Shown here in pieces: positions 10,808-20,833 of a stretch of DNA of 64,000 bases. Source of the stretch: Methanotrichaceae archaeon (lineage in GTDB: Archaea; Halobacteriota; Methanosarcinia; Methanotrichales; Methanotrichaceae); NCBI GenBank assembly GCA_963754945.1, contig CAVWIG010000014.1:37648-101647 (forward strand). Reading direction: 5' to 3'. Positions within the stretch are counted from its first letter, which is position 1; the number at the start of each line of letters is the position of its first letter. The notes beneath the pieces were generated by a model. It was not told where the DNA came from and did not search any database. It was given only the letters and a program-made list of their open reading frames with translations. A program made the position numbers and the translations under genes.

Positions 10808-12058
10808 ATGTCATGCGAGATCGAAAGAATTCACGCCCGCGAGATCCTGGACTCGCGAGGAAACCCAACAGTAGAGGTTGATGTCTGGACTTGCTGCGGC
10901 TTCGGACGGGCGGCGGTACCGTCGGGCGCGTCCACAGGAACCCACGAGGCCCTGGAACTCCGCGACGGAGGCGAGAGGTACGGCGGAAAGGGCGTCCAAA
11001 AGGCTGTGAAGAACGTCAACGAAGTCATCGCCCAGGAGGTCCTCGGAATGGATGCCTCAGCACAGCGAGAGCTTGACGATATGATGATCGAGCTGGACGG
11101 CACGCCAAACAAGGCAAACCTTGGAGCCAACGCCATCCTCGGTGTCTCTCTAGGCGCGGCCAAGGCTGCAGCTTCATCGATGGGCATGCCGCTGTACAGG
11201 TACTTGGGAGGCGTGAACACGTGCCGCCTGCCCGTCCCGTCCTTCAACGTCCTGAACGGCGGCCAGCACGCCGGGAACGAGCTGTCCATCCAGGAGTTCA
11301 TGATCCAGCCGGTCGGCGCTGATAGCTTCAGCGAAGGGTTGCGTATGGCAGCGGAGACCTACCACGCCCTGGGTAAGATCCTGCAGGGAAAGTACGGAGT
11401 CGGCGCCACGAATGTGGGCTTCGAAGGAGGATACGCACCGCCCCTTACCAAGACAAGGGACGCCCTGGATGCAATCATGGCTGCTCTGGATGTCACGGGC
11501 TATGTCGAAGAGATCAGGATCGGCCTGGACTCTGCAGCCTCAAGCTTCTACCTGGACGGCGGCTACTCTGTGGACGGAAACAGGCTGACGCCTGGAGAGC
11601 TTATCGATTACTATGTGGATCTGGTTCACACCTATCCCATTATACTTCTGGAGGACCCCTTCGAGGAGGAGGCCTTCGAGGACTTTGCCAAGCTCACAGC
11701 CAAGATTCCCCAGACGATAATTGTCGGAGACGATCTCTACGTCACCAACATAAAACGCCTGGAGAAGGGCATCAAGATGTGTGCCACCAACGCCCTGCTG
11801 CTCAAGCTCAATCAGATAGGTTCAGTCTCTGAGGCCTTTGATGCAGCCCAGATGACATTCCGCAACGGATGGAAGGTCATGGCTTCCCACCGCTCGGCAG
11901 AGACGGAGGACTCGGCCCTTGCTGACGTTTCTGTGGCTCTTGGCACAGAGCTGCTCAAGACAGGAGCGCCAGCCCGTTCGGAGAGGACGGCCAAGTACAA
12001 CCAGCTCCTGAGGATACAGGAAGAGCTGGGAGACGCTGCGGCCTACGCTAAGATTTAG
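10808..12058 (+). CDS. eno: Enolase
   Basis: DSRGNPTVEV, VPSGASTG, LLKLNQIG, SHRSAETED and RSERTAKYN motifs. Confidence 0.98.
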   Translation: MSCEIERIHAREILDSRGNPTVEVDVWTCCGFGRAAVPSGASTGTHEALELRDGGERYGGKGVQKAVKNVNEVIAQEVLGMDASAQRELDDMMIELDGTPNKANLGANAILGVSLGAAKAAASSMGMPLYRYLGGVNTCRLPVPSFNVLNGGQHAGNELSIQEFMIQPVGADSFSEGLRMAAETYHALGKILQGKYGVGATNVGFEGGYAPPLTKTRDALDAIMAALDVTGYVEEIRIGLDSAASSFYLDGGYSVDGNRLTPGELIDYYVDLVHTYPIILLEDPFEEEAFEDFAKLTAKIPQTIIVGDDLYVTNIKRLEKGIKMCATNALLLKLNQIGSVSEAFDAAQMTFRNGWKVMASHRSAETEDSALADVSVALGTELLKTGAPARSERTAKYNQLLRIQEELGDAAAYAKI

Positions 12059-12146
12059 GCTAAGCTATTGCGCTATATTTGCCCTTGGCGCGATTTCGCC
12101 TGAGGGCGATTTTTATTCTTTCTTATTCAGCGCTCGAACCTTAGTG

Positions 12147-12590
12147 GAGCTTGGTCGGGTGCCTGTCTGTGCTCTGTGCTCATCTCGAACTTCACTCCTA
12201 AGGGACCACGCTGATCCTTTCGATGCTCTTGTGCAAGAGGACAAAGAGCATGGCCTTGATTAAGAAACTGAACAAGGCTGAAAAATTAGTCTCCTGCAAT
12301 TTTGAAATCACAAATATGTAGATTATAAATAATAATAGCAATAGGAGAAAAACAAAAATGTATATCTGTTCCCGGGTTATCTCCGAAGGTTGATCTATTT
12401 TGCTGAGAGCACGAAGGTTTCTAATTGCCTTGACGTTCTTTATATCCAGCCTTATAGCTGCTGAAATCTCATCCCTGGCGCTATCGTAGAGCTTCTTCTG
12501 TGTGTACACACAGCCCAGGTTGATGTGAATCTCAGATTTGACAGAGTCGTTCGCATCCAGTGGTCTCATGTGGTAGGGCTGGCTATTCAT
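12147..12590 (-). pseudogene. C-terminal fragment of a TPR-containing membrane protein
   Basis: Single TPR (HINLGCVY...AIRLDIKNVKAIRNL) plus two TM helices; N-terminus missing; frameshift near 12200. Confidence 0.55.
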
Positions 12591-12728
12591 TCAGATGCCC
12601 TCCGGACGGAATATCCTTAGGCTACCATCCTCCAATATCTGGAAGTGCAGATCATCGCTCTTTTTAACTCCGAATGCAGCGCAGCTAATATGTTGAATTC
12701 TGCGCCATCCTATAGTTGTGGCTTGCAT
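12591..12728 (-). CDS. Small AbrB/MazE-like DNA-binding protein (45 aa, apparently internally deleted)
   Basis: Manual translation MQATTIGWRRIQHISCAAFGVKKSDDLHFQILEDGSLRIFRPEGI; below the ORF-track cutoff. Confidence 0.5.
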   Translation of the reverse strand: MQATTIGWRRIQHISCAAFGVKKSDDLHFQILEDGSLRIFRPEGI

Positions 12729-12850
12729 GAGATCATATTGTCAGGTATTAATATTTATTACGCCATTAAAGTTGTCCTTTTTTGAAAACCGGACAACTTG
12801 AAGGCAGCCTGACAAAAACTATTTTAATGATTGAATTAGTATAGACTTTA

Positions 12851-13711
12851 ATGGATGTCAGTGGACCCTTATCACACAATGTTCTTCAACTTCTAGCTGA
12901 TGGCATAAAATATACTGAAATAGGTTTGATTGAAAAAGATATAACATGGCAACAAAGAAATGTTGCTTTTTTTCTCTCATCTGCTATTGAGAACTTTAAT
13001 AAACACAAGGAAGAATATTTGATAGAACATGTCGCCTCTTTTCATGGAAAAATCAAACCCATCGATCCAGGTAATTTATCAAAAACCGTCAAGAACCTAT
13101 GGGGATTAAGATTTATTTGCCATAAATTAGTCATTAAAAAGGGAAAAGAATATCACTTATATTATCTTCAATGGCCAGATTCATATTATATTATCCTTAA
13201 TTACGCTAAACACCTTGAGAAAAGGTACGCTCGTGAGATGGATGGATTAAACCTTGCAGATCCGAAACAATTAAAGACGTATAAGAATATCGATAAAAAA
13301 CGCGATTTATGCAGACAAACAGTAGCTATATTTAATTTCTGGATAGAAGAGTTTGAAAGAAAACAGAAAATGGAACTGGAAGCGGCCTTCTTAAACGAGC
13401 ACTATCCTATTGCTGAGCCCTGGTCGCCTGACTTGTCGAAATTCAAGAAACTGGTCACTTCAATCAAGCCGCTTTGCAAGATTCCGGACAAAAATAGTGG
13501 TCCTGAGGACGCATTTGCAGATGTGATAGTATATCGGTTACGACCTGGGCTGTTGGAAGCCCATTTTAAATGGCTAGAGGAGAATCCGCTTCCTGCCACA
13601 TGTGATGATCGAAGAATTCGATATGACGGCTACTCTTATTGGTATCACCTATCTGATGCACCGTTTCAGCCTTCCCAAAAAGGCCATTTTGAAGCAGATG
13701 GAATGAAGTAG
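12851..13711 (+). CDS. Hypothetical protein (AT-rich)
   Basis: 286-aa ORF, divergent from the AbrB-like gene; no family recognised. Confidence 0.7.
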   Translation: MDVSGPLSHNVLQLLADGIKYTEIGLIEKDITWQQRNVAFFLSSAIENFNKHKEEYLIEHVASFHGKIKPIDPGNLSKTVKNLWGLRFICHKLVIKKGKEYHLYYLQWPDSYYIILNYAKHLEKRYAREMDGLNLADPKQLKTYKNIDKKRDLCRQTVAIFNFWIEEFERKQKMELEAAFLNEHYPIAEPWSPDLSKFKKLVTSIKPLCKIPDKNSGPEDAFADVIVYRLRPGLLEAHFKWLEENPLPATCDDRRIRYDGYSYWYHLSDAPFQPSQKGHFEADGMK

Positions 13712-13723
13712 AAATGGGATCGC

Positions 13724-13825
13724 TCAGCTACCTAGCTGCGATATATGCGCCAGATAGCTCCCTCAGCTCTCTCTTGTCGATATAGTTGAGAATCGATAGC
13801 CTCATCTCGCGCTTCTGCCCTCAAG
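13724..13825 (-). pseudogene. C-terminal relic of a tyrosine recombinase/integrase
   Basis: Frameshifted translation LRAEARDEAID/NYIDKRELRE/YLAHISQLGS* resembles the LRGD..EAIDIY.HID..ELRE.YLAHI.QLG tail of methanogen Xer-like integrases. Confidence 0.6.
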
Positions 13826-13882
13826 CTTTAGGGGTATGATGCCCAGCTTACATCATGCTTTGATGGCTTTTTAGGCACGCTT

Positions 13883-14209
13883 TCAATATTGCATATATGT
13901 AGTTTCGCCTGGGGTTCCATCAAGTTTATGTACCGGCTTAAAGTGGTCGAAGGTCGATATGTCTGGGACAGTATTGTTATTTGAGATCATCTTTGGAAGC
14001 CACATCTTTGATGCATTGCCGCTGAAAGTTTGATTCAAGTGGTCGTTGAATTGCTGTATAGCAATATTGTACTGACCTACATCATTGACTAGCTGCCCTA
14101 GCTTCAGGCCTTCTTTCACGCCATCGATATATGCCTGCTCTACAGGAGACAGAGCCATGCTTGGCGCAACGAGCACAAGCAGTACTGTCAAAACTATAAC
14201 TGATCTCAT
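13883..14209 (-). CDS. Small secreted hypothetical protein
   Basis: Signal-peptide-like N-terminus, 108 aa. Confidence 0.7.
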   Translation of the reverse strand: MRSVIVLTVLLVLVAPSMALSPVEQAYIDGVKEGLKLGQLVNDVGQYNIAIQQFNDHLNQTFSGNASKMWLPKMISNNNTVPDISTFDHFKPVHKLDGTPGETTYMQY

Positions 14210-14312
14210 TCTAACGATGAATGGTTTTAGTTGATTTAAGCTTTCTTGAGTAACGGGAATTATCAGACCACCATAGCAAAAAGGGAGAGAAAAATAGATG
14301 TTAATTGAGCTC

Positions 14313-14702
14313 TCAAGTTTGGGGCCCGTTCAGCCACATGTTGGACCAATAATACCAGTTATCTGCGCTTTGAGAGTTTTGGTAAATATTGTTCCACTTT
14401 TGAATTGCTTTATAAGTATTTGCCAGCTCCAGTGCAGCTTGCGGATCCGTGAGCGCATAGGGATTTTGAAGTGCTGTATATGGATTTCCGCCTAGCGACG
14501 TAACCTGATAGATGTTCTTCTCGGACGTATTCTGAATCACCTTAAACAGTCCTTCACGCTCTTGTGCAGTTTGAGGGGCCTTGCCATAGTTAGAGTTAAA
14601 GTAACTCTGATCAGCAGCACCATTTCCTAGCATCATCGCTGTTAGGAAGACTGCAATGCAGAGGCCGGCGGAAAGGAATCCCGATATCTCCTTACCTTTC
14701 AT
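14313..14702 (-). CDS. Small secreted hypothetical protein
   Basis: Signal peptide; GGTGA RBS upstream; 129 aa. Confidence 0.7.
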   Translation of the reverse strand: MKGKEISGFLSAGLCIAVFLTAMMLGNGAADQSYFNSNYGKAPQTAQEREGLFKVIQNTSEKNIYQVTSLGGNPYTALQNPYALTDPQAALELANTYKAIQKWNNIYQNSQSADNWYYWSNMWLNGPQT

Positions 14703-15049
14703 TTCTTATCACCAAGTATCTAATCTCCACGATTAGTTTCCATCTTATTACCTTGCACTAATAACACGCTTTGAGAGATATATGAAGGTAAACATCATAT
14801 GAGATCTCTAAGAGTCCCATGTAGAGTCTTCAATGTACATTTTATGACTTAAATAAACAGGTTGAAACATCTTAAGGCCCAGATCAGCGGATTTATTATG
14901 CCCGGTCAATGGAAGGATGAAAGAGAGACGTCTCTAGTCTCATGGCTGCGATCTCTCGGCCCGATCTCTCTGCCTGGAGCAAGATTCTTCATTATCTTCA
15001 AATTATCCAAAACCTTTATAAGATAACGATCGTTACATAATTCACAATC

Positions 15050-16459
15050 GTGAATTGTCCTTTCAGCATAGCGGTCGCTGAAATTTGCAGAGTATTGCAG
15101 AAAATGAGAAGAAGGTTTTCAGCATTGACACATAGAGATGGAAGCCAAAAAGGAAGAAGCCTGAAAGGATACCAAATGCTTCTCATAGTGGCGGTTTTGG
15201 CTCTCGCTTTCTTCTGGATGGCTAGCGTCTTCAAAAACAGAGCCGCATTGCTGCCCCTTCAAGCCTCGATGCTCCTCCTCTTTGCAATCGTCTTTGGCAG
15301 GATAGCGCGCAAGCTGCATCAGCCGCCGGTTCTCGGTGAGATTGTCGGAGGAGTGATGATAGGGCCTACCATCCTTGGAACATTGGACCCGTCTGCTTAC
15401 TCCTGGATATTTCCGCCATCGCCTGAGCTGAATGCGCTCACTTATTTCGGTCTGCTCTGCTTTGTTTTCACGGCAGGCATGAGCGTGGACATATCCTGCC
15501 TTAAGCGCCGAGCAAGAATCACTGCGCTGACAAGCATCTCGGGCATCCTCCTGCCTTTTGCTTTGGGCTTCTCTATGGTCTTGCTGCTTCCGGGATTATG
15601 GGGATCACCTGCAGCCAACCTGTGGATCTTTGCCCTTTTCATGGGTACCGCGCTATCCATTTCAGCTCTCCCGGTGATAGCCAGGATACTAATGGACCTG
15701 GACCTACTTAACAAGGAGCTGGGAGCGATTATACTAACAGCGGCAACCATCGACGACATGACGGGATGGACCCTCTTCGCTCTGATCCTGAGCTTCCTGA
15801 ACATTGGAGGGAATCCCTTGATCAACCTCTGCATGACCCTGGGGATCTCTGCCCTAACAGTCTGTCTGATATATCTCCGTGCCAAATACAGTGCGAGCGA
15901 CCTGTTAGACCGCGTCGTAGCGTTAACCGCTCTGGCCATGCTGGTTGTATCTTTCATTGCTGAATTTTCAGGTTCCAACGGAATCTTTGGCGCCTTCTTG
16001 TCTGGAGTGGTTTTGTCTCAGGCACCTAGAGAAAGAAACCTAATCAACGGAATGGCGTACCCTGTGGTAATGGGGATTCTCGCACCGATCTATTTCGCTT
16101 CCATTGGGCTAAAGGCAAACTATGCAGCCAGCTTTGACCCGATGATCGTTGTTTTGATACTGATGGTGGCCTGCATAGGCAAGCTCCTGGGCTCTAGCCT
16201 CGGGGCAATTGCCGCCGGGATCGGCTGGAGGAATGCCCTTGCTGTTGGGTTTGGCATGAACGCACGAGGGGCGATGGAGATAGTCCTGGCATCAGTGGCC
16301 CTTGATTATCACCTGATAGACAATCGAATTTTCGTGGCTCTGGTGGTAATGGCCTTCACAACGACAATGATCAGCGGCTCGATGATCCAGTATTTAATTT
16401 TGTCTGAACATTTTGCTGAAGCCGGGCCCAAGGTCAGAATTGCTCCCACTAATCATTAG
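15050..16459 (+). CDS. Cation:proton antiporter (CPA2/Kef-type); true start possibly 15104 or 15176
   Basis: QPPVLGEIVGG..IGPT, SISALPVIARIL, AATIDD and GMNARG motifs; multi-TM. Confidence 0.88.
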   Translation: MNCPFSIAVAEICRVLQKMRRRFSALTHRDGSQKGRSLKGYQMLLIVAVLALAFFWMASVFKNRAALLPLQASMLLLFAIVFGRIARKLHQPPVLGEIVGGVMIGPTILGTLDPSAYSWIFPPSPELNALTYFGLLCFVFTAGMSVDISCLKRRARITALTSISGILLPFALGFSMVLLLPGLWGSPAANLWIFALFMGTALSISALPVIARILMDLDLLNKELGAIILTAATIDDMTGWTLFALILSFLNIGGNPLINLCMTLGISALTVCLIYLRAKYSASDLLDRVVALTALAMLVVSFIAEFSGSNGIFGAFLSGVVLSQAPRERNLINGMAYPVVMGILAPIYFASIGLKANYAASFDPMIVVLILMVACIGKLLGSSLGAIAAGIGWRNALAVGFGMNARGAMEIVLASVALDYHLIDNRIFVALVVMAFTTTMISGSMIQYLILSEHFAEAGPKVRIAPTNH

Positions 16460-16652
16460 AAAGTTTTATCTTCCAAGTTATTGATCAGCAATAAGAAGCA
16501 ATCGGACGATGCTAATTTATGTGGCCTGTGGCAATAATTTAGAATCTCCTGTGGTTCGGACATGAGGATGCAAGGAGCTTTCAAATATGCTGCTGATGGA
16601 TAGGCAAAATAGCTGTTGCGGAAAATGAAGCGTCTGATTAGAGGAAATATAT

Positions 16653-17270
16653 ATGATGGTTGGGAAAGTTGGCCTTGGATTCATCGTCGTAATAGCTAGC
16701 GTAGCCTTTGTCGCGGCGATAGTGATGTCTACGTGCGTTACAGGCACTGTATCCGAGAGGGCTTACAGTGATAAGGGAATGCTCTATGATGAGTCCTCAA
16801 TAGTCAAGGGTACAGGAGATGTTTCCATCAAAGGGTCCTTTAACGACCGCGCCATGGATTCTACAAGCTGGATGAAAGGAACTGGGTCCATGAACCTCGA
16901 ATCCCTGCGCAGCATGGACAAGAACCGCCCAATGGTAAATTTCACTCAGAAGAGCGATCTGGTATTCGAGGGAGGACAACTCAAAGGCGAAAAGATACTG
17001 GAATCTCCTCTATTCTATGGACGTATAGGAGCAAGCGTCTATGAGAGGTTCAATGTGAGCCATGTGGACAAGAGCGAGACCGACTTGATCAGTTCCATCA
17101 ACCGTTGTGATAACACATTGGGGTTCAAAGAAGATCAGGCATTCGATGGGCTCTGGGCTTTAGTGACCAAACAAGGTTGGTCGTTCAATGCGAAAAAAAG
17201 TGAACAGCGATATTCAGGATCCTTCCAAACTCAAAAGAATATCCAGTTCCAGGATCTTGGGAAAAAATGA
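16653..17270 (+). CDS. Secreted hypothetical protein
   Basis: N-terminal hydrophobic helix, 205 aa. Confidence 0.7.
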   Translation: MMVGKVGLGFIVVIASVAFVAAIVMSTCVTGTVSERAYSDKGMLYDESSIVKGTGDVSIKGSFNDRAMDSTSWMKGTGSMNLESLRSMDKNRPMVNFTQKSDLVFEGGQLKGEKILESPLFYGRIGASVYERFNVSHVDKSETDLISSINRCDNTLGFKEDQAFDGLWALVTKQGWSFNAKKSEQRYSGSFQTQKNIQFQDLGKK

Positions 17271-17941
17271 GGAGTTAATATCAGCCAATTCCCGGACCTC
17301 ATAGGCCTTGAGCCACTGGCCCGGGAGTTGAGAGATTTTACCAGCATTAGTGACTATGTCTTCATCACGGCTGCCTAAGATGTTCGTGATACTTTACAGA
17401 CAAACTCGCGAACATCAGCTCCTTCGATTGAATCTTGCCCGGCATGATAAGATCACCTGGAATCAATTTAGTTAAGGTTAGATGATGTTTCAAAGTATGA
17501 TATTAGAAGGTTTTGACTGTTTGGAGCCCCCCGGCAATGCTTCTCAAGGATAGGCCCCAGGGTAGAGGACGGAAGTATCCGTGCGATGCTTCGGCTTTGA
17601 TGGAGTCGTTGAGGAGTATTACAAACTCAATGGTCAAGGGCCTGGACAGTCTAGATTACAACATAGGCAGCCTAGAGAATAATGATTTTGTAACCCGACT
17701 TATGATGACGGCCTGGCCTTCTCGGAGTATTGGGGCAATATCAAGCAATCCATCTTTCGGCCTGAAGACGAGGCCACATGCGGGCATAACTCGCCGGAAG
17801 GTTGGACGTTTCATGTGTAACAGCCCGCCAGGTCCACAGAGATGTAGAATCAATTGATATACGATCGGGATACTCTATCAGCATATAGATCTAACAATTG
17901 GCTTATGTGAATCATGTGGTAGAACTCGAGAGGTGTAAAGT

Positions 17942-18130
17942 ATGAGAAACGAAACCTGTAAAAGCTGCAAACTTGATAATGTGACGCCACGAACTGAAAA
18001 GAACATGCTCTGCAACATATCCGGGTTCCAGAGTTATAAACCCGGGGTTCCTCCATGTGGTAGCTGCCCCGCACCCGGGCACGGTGAAGATTGGTATAAA
18101 CAACATCCGACGGTGGAAAGAATGAAATAG
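17942..18130 (+). CDS. Small Cys-rich (putative Zn-binding) protein
   Basis: GAGGTG RBS; CxxC...C...CxxC; 62 aa. Confidence 0.55.
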   Translation: MRNETCKSCKLDNVTPRTEKNMLCNISGFQSYKPGVPPCGSCPAPGHGEDWYKQHPTVERMK

Positions 18131-18190
18131 ATGTGTTGCTATTTTTTGCCGATATGCTAGATGACAGCATGGGCCACGGTAGGTGATGAT

Positions 18191-18277
18191 ATGGCTGACA
18201 AAAACCGAGCCCAAGGCAAAAGTAAAAAAGCGATGACCAAAAAGGCAAGGCTAGAAAAGAAGAAAGTGAAATCATGA
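18191..18277 (+). CDS. Very small basic protein (28 aa)
   Basis: AGGTGA RBS at 18181; MADKNRAQGKSKKAMTKKARLEKKKVKS. Confidence 0.45.
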   Translation: MADKNRAQGKSKKAMTKKARLEKKKVKS

Positions 18278-18384
18278 GCGAAGCAAGAGATAAAAAAATG
18301 AAACTTAAGCGCAGACTAGAGGAAGAGAAGGCCATTAGAGTCATGAGAGCTTGCAGGTTCAGGCGGTATGATGAGAATCGGTGA
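18274..18384 (+). CDS. Very small basic protein (36 aa)
   Basis: ATGA overlap with the previous ORF; MSEARDKKMKLKRRLEEEKAIRVMRACRFRRYDENR; followed by a T-tract. Confidence 0.45.
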   Translation: MSEARDKKMKLKRRLEEEKAIRVMRACRFRRYDENR

Positions 18385-18652
18385 GCCTTCTTTTTTTCCG
18401 CCGAAAATGTCCGTGACATTCTGTGCGACGCTTGAGAAAATGTCATAGACCGATTTTGAAGTGTGGCCCAGATAAGGACGATCTTTTGCCGAGCATAGCC
18501 ATTCTCCCCACAGCTCTGAAGAGATCACTGGCCAGGTCCTGCCCATTCATTGTTGGAAGAGAACCGGGCCTTAAGGTCTTCAAGGATTTTTTTAATCTAC
18601 AGATCTAATGGGTATGGGATTTCTAGGAGAACAAGCCGGGTACAGAGAGTTA

Positions 18653-19084
18653 TCATATTCCCTTCTGCTTGTTCAGCCTAGCATCGATTATCTGCGTCTC
18701 CTCGATCACTAGACCTGTCTCAGTCCAGATCTTTGTTGAGATTGCTGCAGGAGTATACTCCTCTTCTTCAAGCTCTCTGATCCTCTTGAGAATCTTGGGC
18801 GGGATATCAGACTCGACGGCTGGCTCAACAGGCTGGCTTGTCCTGGCCGATTCGAGCTTGGATTGGGATGATTTTATCTCAGGAGTCTTGCCTTCATCCT
18901 TGGGGGTCTGGTGGGCTTCCTTGGGCCCCTTTCTGGTCATGAATGTGATTCTGCCTCGGACCCGCTGCCATGTAAGGAAAATATCACGTTTTGCTAGCTC
19001 TTCGGAGATCTCTCGGCTTGTCTTCCCTTCAGCATTCATGCGCTTGATTTCTTCATCGACTTCTGGAGCCATCTGAGTATCCAT
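18653..19084 (-). CDS. Hypothetical protein with two HTH-like repeats
   Basis: EGKTSREISEEL and EEYTPAAISTKI helix-turn-helix-like segments. Confidence 0.6.
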   Translation of the reverse strand: MDTQMAPEVDEEIKRMNAEGKTSREISEELAKRDIFLTWQRVRGRITFMTRKGPKEAHQTPKDEGKTPEIKSSQSKLESARTSQPVEPAVESDIPPKILKRIRELEEEEYTPAAISTKIWTETGLVIEETQIIDARLNKQKGI

Positions 19085-19770
19085 CGAACGTCCTTATTCT
19101 TCTCTGGTTCGGTTGGCTTCTCGGCGGGACTGTTTTGGAGATATCTTATGTTGCCCCTTGAAAATACGACCTGGGTAGCATAGGATGTGGTTGTTGATAA
19201 ATAGAAACTTGCATTGCCAAACTCCAATTCAGCACCTTCAAGGTCATTCTTTTCTTTTCCCATTTATCCAGGCCTTTTTTCATAATTAGAAGATGATTCA
19301 GACAGAAACTTTAGCATATTCATCTATCATGTTCTGTCCAATCCAGATCTTTGGAGACATTGTGCTCCTTTTTCTGGACTTTTTAATTCTCCAAGACATT
19401 TTTCAAACGTCCTTACTATTTCTTTCTTAGAGTCCTCATTTTGATTATCACTTTTTTTTGTTAATTTTCTAAATCCCAAATTGCATAAATGGATATCAAT
19501 AGAGCTTCTAAGCCTATAATCCCCATAGCCATCCAGGTAATGCTTCTAATAAGGAGACAAGATCTGACACTGGCATTAAGGTAGCATAAGGTATATAATA
19601 TTATCTACTTTGTGCTTTAATCTCCCAAGCCTAAAGCAATCTGGAGGACATAAACCAGCAGTATTCATCAGGATTTACACAAGTGATCATAATATTGCCT
19701 TCACAGACCAGGCATCTTCCGGGCCAAAGGCTATTTCTTTTTGCCATGTCAAAAATATCATGGTGTTGCG

Positions 19771-20751
19771 ATGGATTTACTCTGGCTATCCGAGGACGAT
19801 GTTAAATCATTACTGGACATGGACAATACAATAGCGGCTGTCGAAAATGCCTTTCGAGATCACGGTATGGGAAAGACGCAGATGCCGCCGAAGTCCTATC
19901 TGTACTTTTCCAAGTACGAGGGCGATCTGAGGACTATGCCGGCTTACCTGGAAGGACTGGATTCGGCTGGAGTGAAGATCGTCAACGTACACCCCAAAAA
20001 TCGAGACATCGGGATGCCTACTGTCATGGCCGTGTTTGTCCTTAACTCTCCAGAGACAGGCGCTCCGCTCGCGGTCATGGGAGCGACCTATCTTACCAGC
20101 ATGAGAACTGGAGCTACAGGTGGTATTGCTGCCAAACACTTGGCCAGACCCGAATCCAGAGTGGTGGGAATGGTAGGTGCCGGGGCCCAGGCCAGGACTC
20201 AGCTCATGGCTCTGAGCAGGTTCTTCGAGATAGATCTGGTGATCGTGTACGACCGCTCCATCGAAGGCTGTAGGGCTTTTGAGAGGGATGCCAGGGCTTT
20301 TCTGGACTGCGACTACAAGCTGACCACAAATCCACTAGATGCCTGCGACTGCGATATTTTAGTTACGACGACACCCGTGCGCTCGCCCATCGTAAAGGAC
20401 TCCTGGGTCAAACCTGGAACACACATTAACGCAATAGGAGCAGACGCGAAAGGAAAGCAGGAGCTAGAGACCGCACTGACCAGAAGGACAAAGATCGTAG
20501 TCGACGATGCGGCCCAGGCGATCCACTCAGGGGAGGTCAACGTGCCAATATCCGAGGGCAAGCTTAAGCCCGAGGAGATCTATGCCCAGATTGGAGAAAT
20601 CGTAGCCGGAAAAGTCACAGGCAGGACCAACAAGGATGAGATCACAATCTTTGACTCCACAGGGCTTGCTATTCAAGACGTGGCAACTGGACGGATTGTC
20701 TATGAGACGGCTCTAGAATCCAGCAAGGGGTTAAGGCTGAAACTTATGTGA
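19771..20751 (+). CDS. ala: Alanine dehydrogenase, archaeal ornithine cyclodeaminase/mu-crystallin type
   Basis: GDLRTMPAY, GVKIVNVHP, MRTGA, GAGAQA and FDSTGLAIQD motifs. Confidence 0.9.
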   Translation: MDLLWLSEDDVKSLLDMDNTIAAVENAFRDHGMGKTQMPPKSYLYFSKYEGDLRTMPAYLEGLDSAGVKIVNVHPKNRDIGMPTVMAVFVLNSPETGAPLAVMGATYLTSMRTGATGGIAAKHLARPESRVVGMVGAGAQARTQLMALSRFFEIDLVIVYDRSIEGCRAFERDARAFLDCDYKLTTNPLDACDCDILVTTTPVRSPIVKDSWVKPGTHINAIGADAKGKQELETALTRRTKIVVDDAAQAIHSGEVNVPISEGKLKPEEIYAQIGEIVAGKVTGRTNKDEITIFDSTGLAIQDVATGRIVYETALESSKGLRLKLM

Positions 20752-20833
20752 CTTCATTCGTGAGTTGGATCTTCCAATCTTACAAGCCGAGGATCACAGA
20801 TATATCTGATAGATGCATAAGTGAAGATAAGAT

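Noticed and set aside
18506-18518. CCCCACAGCTCTG matching the 52813 hairpin arm
   Set aside because: The second arm is missing, so no hairpin forms; likely chance.
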